From positions 21,762,001 through 21,826,000 of the forward strand of contig OZ004614.1 of NCBI GenBank assembly GCA_963924565.1: a stretch of DNA of 64,000 nt, read 5' to 3'. Within the stretch, counting starts at the first letter, position 1. The number at the start of each line of letters is the position of its first letter. Origin of the DNA: Ascidiella aspersa. Lineage: Eukaryota. A model generated the notes under the pieces. The model ran no database searches. It was given only the letters and a program-made list of their open reading frames with translations, and was not told the DNA's origin. Position numbers and translations under genes: made by a program. Positions 13,103 through 24,281 of this stretch are shown here, in pieces.

Positions 13103-13262
13103 CGATAAATCCAACGGCGGCGTCCAGGTGTGGAGTGATCTTTTCCTGGTAGTTGTCTCGCACAGAAATGCGCCTAAAGTGGCGGTCGTCGAGGTTGGCC
13201 GGTCGCGCACAGTTGCAGCTCACGTTCAGCACGTTGTCGATCCGGTTTTCGGACATCGTCGG
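13103..13262 (-). CDS. DUSP16: DUSP8/16-like exon (catalytic domain, general-acid Asp loop)
   Basis: 160-nt AG..GT exon, phase 0/1: PTMSENRIDNVLNVSCNCARP...FRRISVRDNYQEKITPHLDAAVGFI. Confidence 0.93.
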
Positions 13263-13936
13263 CTAATCAGGACGGAGCAGAAAATGCTTTTGTTAAATAT
13301 CTCGTTTTTGATATATATAAATGACATTAATAGGATGACTGTGTACTTTTGGCATAAGCATCAAGTGATGTTGGTTTCAACTTAGACGCGGTTTTAAGAC
13401 TAATTTTCGGCCAAACATTTAGCTACGATTTTTGCTGTGAAGTGGATAGTTACTTTTCACTGAGAGATCGTTTTTTTTTCTTCTGCTGTCTCTCAATCGA
13501 ATTTCTGCTTTCCATTTAAAATATTATGCCCTAACGACGAAGCAGGAATTTTTGTTCATTGCCATGTTGAACAGGTAACGTCGCAAATTTAATTCAAATA
13601 ATTAGATTTGTATAGTCTGGTGGAGATGCCTTACATTCTGAATCATTTAAACAAGTGATTCCCAAATTGTGTTTGTTGAGAGATTATAAACTGTGTCGAG
13701 AAAATTTTTCTATTTCTTCAAATCAGATTTTTGTGAGTCTAAAATAGGTACGTAGACAAGCATGCGAGAATATCGATTATAAAAATGATGATACTATAAA
13801 TGGTGTTAAAGTAGTCTCGCCATGTATTAGAGCGATTGTTAAGGTGTGATATTATTATTTGCAGTGCGCCGCGATTTTTTTAGGTTTTCTTGGTTTGTCA
13901 CTATTACCCCCTGATTTAAACTATCACTTGACTCAC

Positions 13937-14289
13937 CTCGTCCGAAACGTCGTTTTGCGAGCCGAGGAACAGATGCGGAAAGATGCTGGTCATCCCGACC
14001 GGGGCCGACGCCGAAAGACAGGGCTGGGACAGGGTGTTCCTGGACCCCTGTGACGCACGTGGACTTCCCTGGGCCGCAAGGGATGTCGAGGCCCCCGAAA
14101 GCGGGGTGTCGGACGGGTGGAACGTCATTGGGGTTCCCTTCATTTCGACGCTCCCGCCGGCCAGACTGTTGGCCGTGTTGCTGGCAGTTGACTTGTGTGG
14201 GTCGGAGTTTGCGGGCGTTTTTTCGTTGCAGGTGCCGTTTGTCAGGTTGCTAGGCACCGAACAGCAGTGCTTGAGGTCGTGCAATTCTT
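13937..14289 (-). CDS. DUSP16: DUSP8/16-like exon (linker plus start of catalytic domain)
   Basis: 353-nt exon, acceptor ttttgcag|, donor |gtgagt; encodes SQPCLSASAPVGMTSIFPHLFLGSQNDV (cf. DUSP16 SQPCLPVANIGPTRILPNLYLG). Confidence 0.88.
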
Positions 14290-15226
14290 CTGCAAAAAGA
14301 GAATTCGGTTTTCGTTCAATTAGAAATTTACAAACGCCGGTATGGCGTCGATTATAGTTAGTTACTGCAAAATTCAATGAAAACATGCAATAAAATTTTT
14401 ATCTTTTTTTTATCAAATTTCTAGCGAAACCAATGGGTTGTGTTTCACAGAAATACCCGATGTTACAGAAATACAAGGAACCTTTTATTTCACATATAAT
14501 TCCTTTCGAAAAAAAAATTGCTTGTACCTTTAAAAATAAAAAACACTAATTTTTCTCTAGACATGTCGGTTTCGAGTTTTATCTGATAACCAAAAAATTA
14601 TGTTCGGTTGAGAATTAACGGTGAAGCAATGTAAGTGCCAGAAAAATCTTGAAATCAGTTTTTGGAAAATGCACAATAAATTCAATGAATAGTTAAACCG
14701 CCATTTAATTATCGACGCGACCACTTAAGCATCCTGGTACCATTACAGAATGTTTTGTGTGGGCTTGTGTTTTTTTTTCATTCGTTTGCAAACCCTCCTA
14801 CGCCTGACCTTGGAACTAAACCCGGATTTGGCGCATTTGATCGATTCGTTATTGCAGAAAGCTCAAGAGCGAAGGCCCGAAGGGATTATCGCTGTATGGA
14901 TGCAACCAGGGTGATAAATTGGCTCGGGAATATCGCTGGCAATTTGCATGAACGCGTCACGCCTTGTTACGCGCGGGCATTTCGAGGCGACCGCCAATGA
15001 CGTAAGCGCGATCAATTATTGAAGCTCCTCCTTGGAAAGCGACAAGCGTTTGGCAGCGGTGTGCCTTGTGTATATTGCAGCGAGGTCCCCCTCTCCCCTT
15101 TACCGTGGCCCAGAGCGCCAAAGCCCCTCCGTTCGCTCGTTAACTTTGAAGAGCGTTGTCCGATAGGCGTCTATAATTATCCCCCGCGATTGGGAAGTGC
15201 GGTGGTGGTTCGAGAGGCTCCAGCAA

Positions 15227-15272
15227 TGTTGCTGCTGCTGTTGTCGCTGTTGTTGCTGATGCTGCTGTTGCT
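15227..15272. repeat. Imperfect (CAG/CAA)n trinucleotide tract
   Basis: TGTTGCTGCTGCTGTTGTCGCTGTTGTTGCTGATGCTGCTGTTGC. Confidence 0.65.
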
Positions 15273-18200
15273 ATTAACGGAAGGGTTTGCTTAATGGCTG
15301 TGTGCAACTGCCAAACTATTTCGGGTCGATTTGTCGCGGGACTACAGATGCTTTGTGCGCGAAGTTGATCCAGCTGGAAAGTCGATTCGGCTGAAATGCA
15401 GCTGTTTTTTTTTCTTTGAAAGCAGCTCGAAGGCGTGCAATTTAACGGAACACCCCTAGTTTTGCGATTTTGCAGAAAACCGAAAAAAACAAGCCAAAAC
15501 ACTGGCAACTAAAATAGTTAGGAGGCCGCGAAACGGGCAATTTCGTCATTTTGGTCGCGCAGTCACGCAAAGCGGTCGCACGCCGTCTCGCGCCAACGCG
15601 AAAATCGTCGCTTCTGACGAGAAAAGTGCGCCGTTCGTGACGTAACGGACAGCACACAAACAAGCTAATTTGCTCGGCGGCGCTGGCAATTTCGCAATTC
15701 GTCGGCCTTGGCAGTGTGATGTGGGTGAAGGGGTGACATTTGGGCGTAACGAGACCGTTTTCCTACGAGTCTGTTAGATGGAGAACCGCGAGCGTTGTCT
15801 CTTAGCCGGTGTAGAGTGTAGACTGTAAACGGTCGCATGCCTCTGCCTGTTTACGTCTTACAATAGAAGACCGCGCGATTCCGCAAATTCCTTCGAGCGA
15901 AAGCTCCAGGCCTTTTATGGTGAAGCTTTTCGGGTAGGTGGAAGAGTTATGCGCGACGGCGGCGGCGGCCTTTGACACAGTGCACGGCGTCGTGAATTTT
16001 GGGCGAAAGTGTTCGCCGTAGTAACCCTTGTGAAAACTGAAAGGTGCTTCTCGGTCGATCGAATCAATATTGGGCGTTTACGAAGACGACCACTGTTCGC
16101 TGTTCGATTTATTTCGTTTTAAATTGAGACCGGATTCAAATTTTTTGTGCAAACATAGCCAACCAGCTTGCGTTGCGCTCTTCAGATAAACATCAACCAC
16201 AGCGGAAAGCTAAACACCAATTTATTTTCTTTTGGAGAAAAACTCTTCTTTTGAAGGCAAACATTTTTTTACCGAAAGTCGTATTTTTATAACGCTTCAT
16301 TTCCCCCAGTTGGGTAACGGTTAAAAGAAACACCGCAGATCGCTTCACCCTACCCCTCCCAAACGACAAAACCACCGAGTAAAAACCTCCGTGACGCAAC
16401 AACACACTTTGCTAAGACCAAATTCCGCCCGCCAGTCCAGTTAGCCGCCGCCGCTTTTTCGGACCGCCGCTTTTGGTCAAAGGCGAGTGGAAAACTACCG
16501 GGATGGCCCGTGCTCGGCCATGCGTGTCACCATACGACCGCGGGTTTACGGCCTGTCTGTCTGTTTGCACGGGGCAAGTGCACGTTTGCAGGGCGCTGTC
16601 AGTCCACAGACTAACACTGGCCTGGGCTTAGTCGAACACTTATCAAGCAAGAGCGCGGCGAGAGAAATAGGTCACGTCATTTAAAGGGAAAAACGCGAGC
16701 TTAAGGGTTGTTTAATAGGTTTAGGGCTTGGTTTTGTTGAACTTGGCAACTGAAGAAACAGAATTATATCTGAATCGAGTATCGGGGGCCATTTTGCCCG
16801 AATTCTTTTGACTCTTAATGTCCGTTAATAATATTTTTTTGTCCTATAAAAAATCCTTCACGCGATCAAGCTTTGCAACGAAAATACAACGCGAGCGAAA
16901 TTTTGAACACGTCAACATGACAAGTCAATCATTTTGACCGCTCACCGCAAACAGTTCGAACATTTCATAAAATCCAAAATATACCAGAACGTAACGCTAT
17001 CCTAGTCAACTCGATTTCGTGTGCCTTGCAGTGAAACCGCCAGCGAGGTTGTAAATTGAGGCAGCCGCTTGTAAATTCAGACCGCAAACTGTAAAACGCA
17101 AGCACAAGAGCTCTTGTGCATTAATCAATCGCCAGAAACGCCAACCACATGCCACAGCAACCGCGATTGCGTCATTAGCCCATAATAAAACGCTATATGT
17201 TGCGATTTGCGTCACTGATTTTGTTCTTGTTGTAGGACGCTTGATAATGCATTCTATGTAGGACTGTAACCTTTAAACCGAATTCCGGTGACGACATGAT
17301 GGGCCAAAATGTAAAGTGGTTCAAAACAGGTTTTTGCGGAATTTAGAAAACTATTTTTGGACTTAAAACTGAAATTCTTACGCCAAAACCAAGTTATGTG
17401 TTTGTTTGCTTGTTTCATTTAATTGCTGTATTTTTTGCGTATGTCGAGGATATTAGTATCTGGGAAAGATAATATAAGCTCTTTCGTCGCACTTGAGTTT
17501 AGATGAAAAGCGTAATCAATGTGCGACTCCCTTTGAAAAAACAAAGACGCACAGCTTAAGAAACTTTGGGTCAATGCAAGCCTAGTCGTTTTTCTGAAGG
17601 CAGTAAACTACTTAGCGGCGTCGACGACATCAACGATATGTCGCTTTCCATTACCGCGGCCACCCACGTTCAAAGAAGTTGGCGGAAATTCTTTTTTGAG
17701 TGTTTAGGCCCCCAACACCACTCGCACACGCTCTCCGTGTGACGTAACAATATAAAAACGCTCGCTTATATTACAGTCGACTGGCGCCAGGCAAAAAACG
17801 AATTGACGCCCAACAGTGCGTGGTGGGGCACTCGCCAGGGGGGAGGGGGATGAAAGTGCGTGACAGGTGGGGCTGGGGTTAAAAATAAACTGGGTCGGCG
17901 CTATGGGGTCGGATATGTTTGGCGACGTTGCCCGTGACAACCGATTGCGTGACACTGGCGCAAGTCAGGTCGCATCACGTGACGTGAGGGGGTGAGTCAT
18001 ACTGGTGACTTGGTGTTTTAACTTTTAATGTTCGGCGGGTATATTTATAGATCTGTGAGATTTTTTACAACATTTGGGGTTTCGGGGTCTCGTAACCATC
18101 ACATGATAAAACGGGTGGAATTTTTTATCAAATTTGAAAGCAAAATTTTGTAAAGCGTTTTCTTTAAGAAATAAACTGTGTAACTATCCTTAAAAACAGT

Positions 18201-21200
18201 AAACAAATGCGCTTTTTCATTCGCAACGTACACACAAACGCTTATGTAATGGGTTTAAATGTTACACAATACAAGACCGACGGCGCGTGTCGCGAAAAGA
18301 CCAGTCGCGTGGCTGGTGATAACAAGACTACGCCTGAACAACACTTCGCTAAGGTAAATAAGCAAAAAACGCCTCAGTGGTAAATTGCGCGCGTCGACCG
18401 GGGTTAATTACGTTCGCCGCATTGATTGGCTGACACGCGGACCAATCACGAGCCAGTGTGTGACCAAATGCTTATGACGCGCATACAGTGCGAAGAATTA
18501 GGCCATTTAAATTAGGATTAAAGTAGGAGGTTAGGCCACATAAAGCGCAAACGCATTTAGGAGTCAAAAATTCCCCAAGTTTCAGTTCACCTATGCATTG
18601 CACGGAGGGACGACTAATTGGTTACTAAGCCGGGTGAATCAATAAATTTACCACATATCAGTCGCAACTATGCACGCGATTGCATGGAACGGATTGGCGA
18701 AGTCAAAAAGCTGCCTGGCAGATGACTTATCACGGTTTGCGCGCGTGTTTCATGACGTAACGACATGCTTTACAAATCCGAAAGCGCCGCAAACAGACAA
18801 ATGTATTTCGCTCACAGCTGGCAGCATCGCGTAAGGGCGGTAAGCGCATTATCGCTTTAAATATAGCGCAAGGCGACTCGAGTGAGTCACGAACTGACTG
18901 GTTGGCCTGTGAGCCGATTGCCATCTAGTGTACAGGCGTAACCACTGCTCGGACAAGGCCGCCTATCGAAATCATCGCGGCGCTCCCCGTCTATTTCGGT
19001 TTCCGAATATCCAACGTATAAAAGCGGGCGATCCTGAACTGGATCGATTGTTGCTTCTGATAGGCAGCAAAGTGCGACGCCATTACACGCCTAGCAATGC
19101 TGCTGCTGATGTGTGCCTTATTTGGCCGCCGAGCGCAGCACGAGCTATGTGAACCGCAAGCCATTTAAGGTGAGACTTACGGCGGCTATGGGACAAATAG
19201 CATACGGGATGATGCGGCTTAAAATCCGCGGGACACCGCTTCGCCACGCATCGCTGGGCAGGTTTGTCAATTGGCTTTAACAAGGCGATTTGGAGCCCGA
19301 AGAGTGATGCGCAAGTGACGGAGGTTGGCTGACAACGTTCGCTGATTCATTCGGTGATTTAAACATCGTTGGCGCCTTTCTAAAGAGCGCCAGAAAACCC
19401 CCGGCGAGAGACAAAAATGTATAGATTGTTTGTGGGGAAACATTGCAAAATTGTTAATATCGCTATAAATTGAAATTCGATAAAAATGAATAGGGGACGG
19501 TCGTGAACCTGACTCACTTGTATCAATTTATTTATGTTTTTTTTATAACTTCCACAACTTTGCACAGTTCTACAATTATACGTCGAAAATAGCAAACTTG
19601 CGTCAGAATGCGTGACACCAACGCAAAAAATAAAAATTCGAGGCTGGATATGAACCCATCAGAAACCGCCACACAATGCCCTCGCACCAACTTTATACGT
19701 CGCAATAAAACGGCGCGCTGTTTTCGGCAGGCGGTACGGCGTAAAGCTGCCAATAGACATAAAAGCAATGCGAAAGCGGTAGTTGACGAAAATGTCCAAG
19801 GCTCGCTTTTGTAGTCAGTTCCACAAGAGCGTAGCGACAGTGTGGGCGTCCGAAACGTCGCTGACCTACAATTACCGAGCGATTCGCGGACGGACTGTCT
19901 GTGCGCCGCTGTAGCCGCTTCGGTAGGACGAAAAAAACAAAAAGCGGACCTGCGGGCCAGGTTACGTCATAGCTCTGCACCGCCGATCGCGTGCAAAGCG
20001 GCTCGGCTCGGCGACCGTGACTCACGGCAGAGTCTTTCGCCCGCGGGCATGCTCGCCAAAATCTCTCCCCTTTCGCTGTTTTCCTCTGTTTTGCGCGCCT
20101 GCTGCTAAACTTGTCCGCGCGCGATTTTTTCCAGGATTGCCAACAAGCGCTCTGTCGGTCTTAACACAAGGACCGCCATTGTTGTTGCGTCGAATCGCTT
20201 TCGCTGCGGCGCGGGAGAGTTACGTAAGACCAGCCTGTAAAGGACGCACAAACAAGTATATACGAAGCCCGCGGTGTACAACATTGTGCGCTGTCTGTTT
20301 TCTGCCCTTAAAGCCATACTGAGACCGCCAGGCTGCTATTTTTAACGATTCTGGCCTTGTATCTCTTCGGCAATCTTGGCGATCCTGTGTTTGGTCTATT
20401 GGGCGAGGGCAAACAACAGCAATGCGAATTTGTACTGGATGCAAAACCCGTGGGTTTCCATTGCGCGTTAAATGCCGATAGGAGAACGCGTGCCACAAAT
20501 TATCGCATTCCTTAGCAGCTTAATTACCCCGCGCATTCGAGTGATGTTTCTAATTCATAGCTCGCAGCTTTCAATTCAGAAGCCACGATTGTCGGGTAAG
20601 CGGCAGTGGCGAGCAGAAGTGCCGGGTATTCTAGAGTGAGTAGACGCAATTCACTGTTGCATGGCCAAAGGGCAAGTCAAATAGTCTCGTTTACGCTAGA
20701 CACTGGAAGTATCGACGTTTTAACGTCTAATGCAAACGACATTCGCCAGCAGATCACGTCTTCATCCAACCGCACACAATTATAAACAGGTGAGTGTATA
20801 ACAGTAGTACATTAGCGACATGTCGACGTTTACACTTTGGCCTAGCGCTCTTAAGAATCAAAAGTAGCGTCATTTTACGTGATAACTTTGAATTGCGAAA
20901 CAACGTGTGTTGAAAATGTGTCAATTTAACGTGCACGCAACTTAAGGCCAGTTGATTCAAAAATTCACATCCTCCACCTTTTTTCACCCTGTCGCAATTT
21001 TAACTACTATAGCTTCGTCAAACGGGTCGACTCAGAGATGCTAGTAAATCTCGAGTACAAAGTTGACCAGCCCGCTTTAAAGGTGTTTAAATAGGACACG
21101 GCGACCCTTTCGCCAAATACCACCCTGCCTTGTGATGCGCGTGACTTTAGCCCGTGTCCTGCACCAAAACTTCCCGTGGTGCGATACGATTGCGTCAGAA

Positions 21201-24200
21201 ATGACTGGTCTCGCATGATAAAGCTCACGTATCTCGCTGGCCACTTGTTTTTAAGATGTAATCGCAATGCGTTTGCTGCCAAGAACCGATCGCCAAATAT
21301 TAATCACAGAACAAAAAATATATTAGAAAAGCACTTGTTTTTTTTCGAAAGAAAAATGTTGCCTGTTTTTAAGCCGCTTTATTAGTATTTTTAACGCTTT
21401 GTTTTTCAAAGCTGCCTCAATGATCGGTATAGGTTCAGGGTCCTATGAAATTGGAAATAAATGCGGAGTTTAATGTTTCTCGACAGATTTCGGTTTCGAA
21501 AAGACTGACGTCATTCACGAGGGAGGGGAGAGGTCCTTTTGTTGGCGAACAATAATTATCGTGTCACACTGGAAAGCGAAAATCGAGTGGGAGTGAAAAA
21601 ACAACATACGGCCACAATTGGCAACCATTAAAAATTACGTCCAAGCCGTTTCTGATACATTTTTCTCGCAAGGACAACACTACAGCGTAGGATGTATCTT
21701 TTGGGGGGTTACTACTGGACGTTGACTTGCTTTCCTCGTATACCAAACACAGGCAGAAGCTGGCGAACAGGCCCGTACAAGGCGGTTGCGTGTTTACAAG
21801 ATTACGCGGCCTCTCCTGGGTCAAACAAGCCGCGACCTTACGTAATCGCGTCCCCTAATTAGGGGAGTCGCTTTTGTACAACGCCTGGGCGCGAAGGGAC
21901 GTCATGGTTTTATTTAGAAATGGCCAGTTGGTATTAAGCGGAAAACAAAGTTGTCTCGGTCCGCCTCGTTCAAATGACGTAGGGTTTTCTTGGTCAAGTC
22001 ACGCTGTTAGAGAACAAGTAATGTCTGTGTTCTAATTGCGCGCCTAAAAAAGAATCCATTCACAGAAACAGGGCTGTTTGAACACAATGCGTCTGTTCTT
22101 AAAACCCTTATTTGACCGCGCAAACTGATTGTCGCGCGTGAATGACGACACTTTCATAAAACTTTTATCTAAAATCAGAAAGTGCAAGGGCAAACTTAAA
22201 CATCTCCCCAATAAGTATATGGTATGTTGTTAAAGAGAGCGAAAATTCGACAATCGATTTGACCATTTACGGATGAAACTTTTAACAAACCAGAGACGAT
22301 TTAAGACAAAAGAGCTCACACCTGCCACGTTTCATTCGCGCGTTACCTTATTTGCGCAGTTAAAAGCCTTAAAGGCGTGCACATAACCACAGGCGCTCTC
22401 CCATCGGCTCGTCTCGCGGCAGACAGCAAGTATATAAAACTGTGCACCGCTAAAAACAACCTTCGCCAAACAGAAGCGAATTTCGAAATTCTCTTTTGAA
22501 GCGAATTTCGAATTCCGGTGGCATGTCTCACGATCGCGCAATAAAATTGTCAAACGTGCAATTACTAAACGATGGTGGCCTTAAGACGCTTTCAAAGCTG
22601 GACGCCGTTCAAATACACGTAAATTGTTCATTAAGCGCACAACAAACCATACCCGACGTAGGGCACCATTAACCCTAAGCCCGTAGAGATTACATCTCAG
22701 AACCGCAACGCGTACACGCGGCTTGTTCGACTTGTCGGGAATCGAATATCGATGAACGTACATTGTAAGCGATAAGGCACAGAGACCAACGCGAGGTTAA
22801 GATTGGCTTCTCCCCAAGCTTTTAAAACTGCGCGTCAGCCATTTAATAACAAAAAGATTTGGCTTTTTGGCCCTCTTTTTTTCACATCATTTGTCAAAAA
22901 AGGAAACCAGTGTAGTTAAAAATTAGGGGTGGAACGAAACGTAGCTTGATGGCTTTTTTAAATAGGTCGTTTGAACCCAGGTTTAGCTCACAAAAAAGGC
23001 TGAAATAACTTCAAGCACATTTTGAAATTTTCATCAAACACAAAAAAGGGCTGAAAAAAGAGGCCCGATTTACGAATTTGCCAAAAATAATGGCCTTTGA
23101 AGATGAATGTAACATAATGACGTGATCGAAAACGGTGCCAAGTTCCCTTAAAAGTATTGTTCGTGTAAAATGAACCAACGAGCCATTCAAAGCGAATGTG
23201 TTGTCCCTGATGAACTTTCGCTGTGTACGGGTCGCCGGTGTCGGCTTCCAAGCGTACGTAATCGTCCGCACGTCACTATTTCCTATGCCACAAAGGCGAC
23301 CAGGGCACTGCGCACCGGCTGGGGTTAATCAAGCTAGTTGTTGCTGCCTGCGTCATTGGGCACAAAACGAAAATCGATAGAGGCTGAGTAACAGGAGAAG
23401 CCGAAGCACTATCCGCCGCTGGGTTTTCCAATATTAGAATCGCGACATTTTCTTGTCGGTATATTGGAATCGCGACAGTTGATTAATTAATGACTTAGCA
23501 CAAACGTTTTGTTGGGTTGCATCGCGAAAGAGCCGCGAAAATAGAAATTTAACACAGAAAATTTATTTGGGATCCAGCAAAATAGTTTTTTTGAGTTGCA
23601 TCACGAAAAAGACGCGAAAATAGAAATCTAAGCCCAAAACAATTATTTGCGATTCTTATATGACACTGGTCGAACCAGATGATGCCCAGCTGTGTAAGGC
23701 AAACTACTCGGTTTAGGAAACCAACCACGCGCAAAATCGAGCTGCCAATTGAGTTTTCGTTAACTGGCCTCGAGTCGACCATCGTAATTATGCAATTATG
23801 CGCTGGCACGTCTCTCGAAACTATCGCTTTAAACCACCGCCGCCTAATTTGCTGAGAATAAATGCGGCGAAAGGTGTTTATTAACATCGCGCAGCACACC
23901 CGTCGCACAACGAAGCACGCACGGAAAAATAGCTAAAAAACGAAAACGATTTGGATAGGAGTAACGTGTAAAATATTCCATTGTGTTGACCATGCGCCTT
24001 CATTAAGTACAAATAAATATTTCGGTAATAAGATTCGAACCTGACAATAAAAACAAGTGGTTTTCAGCCTATTTCTAAAACAAACCATTGGTTGGCACAG
24101 TTTAACAATTCAAACTTTCAGATTCAGAAGTCGTGGATGATTTGTAATTAAAGCACACATTTGAATCGACATTTCTGTCTGTTGGTAAACCAGTTGTTCA

Positions 24201-24214
24201 AAATTCCGTCTTAC

Positions 24215-24281
24215 CTGGTCGCTTCTTGAACTTTCTTGCTTCGATCGAGGATGGCAGCGACAGATTTCGAACTACTGGCAT
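24215..24281 (-). CDS. DUSP16: Probable first coding exon of the DUSP8/16-like gene
   Basis: AAA-ATG start at 24281 (MPVVRNLSLPSSIEARKFKKRP); strong donor AG|GTAAGA in phase 1 matching the phase-1 acceptor at 14289; upstream acceptor ctagcag| at 24486-24485. Joined CDS is 2202 nt (733 aa). Confidence 0.55.

Noticed and set aside
15140-15508. 122-aa ORF / polyQ frame as a DUSP coding exon
   Set aside because: Two frames stop before the 15104 donor and the polyQ frame reaches it in phase 2, incompatible with the phase-1 acceptor at 14289.
23430-23630. Short imperfect direct repeats (ATATTRGAATCGCGACA; GTTGCATCRCGAAA...CGCGAAAATAGAAAT)
   Set aside because: Only two copies each; consistent with local duplication, no further structure.
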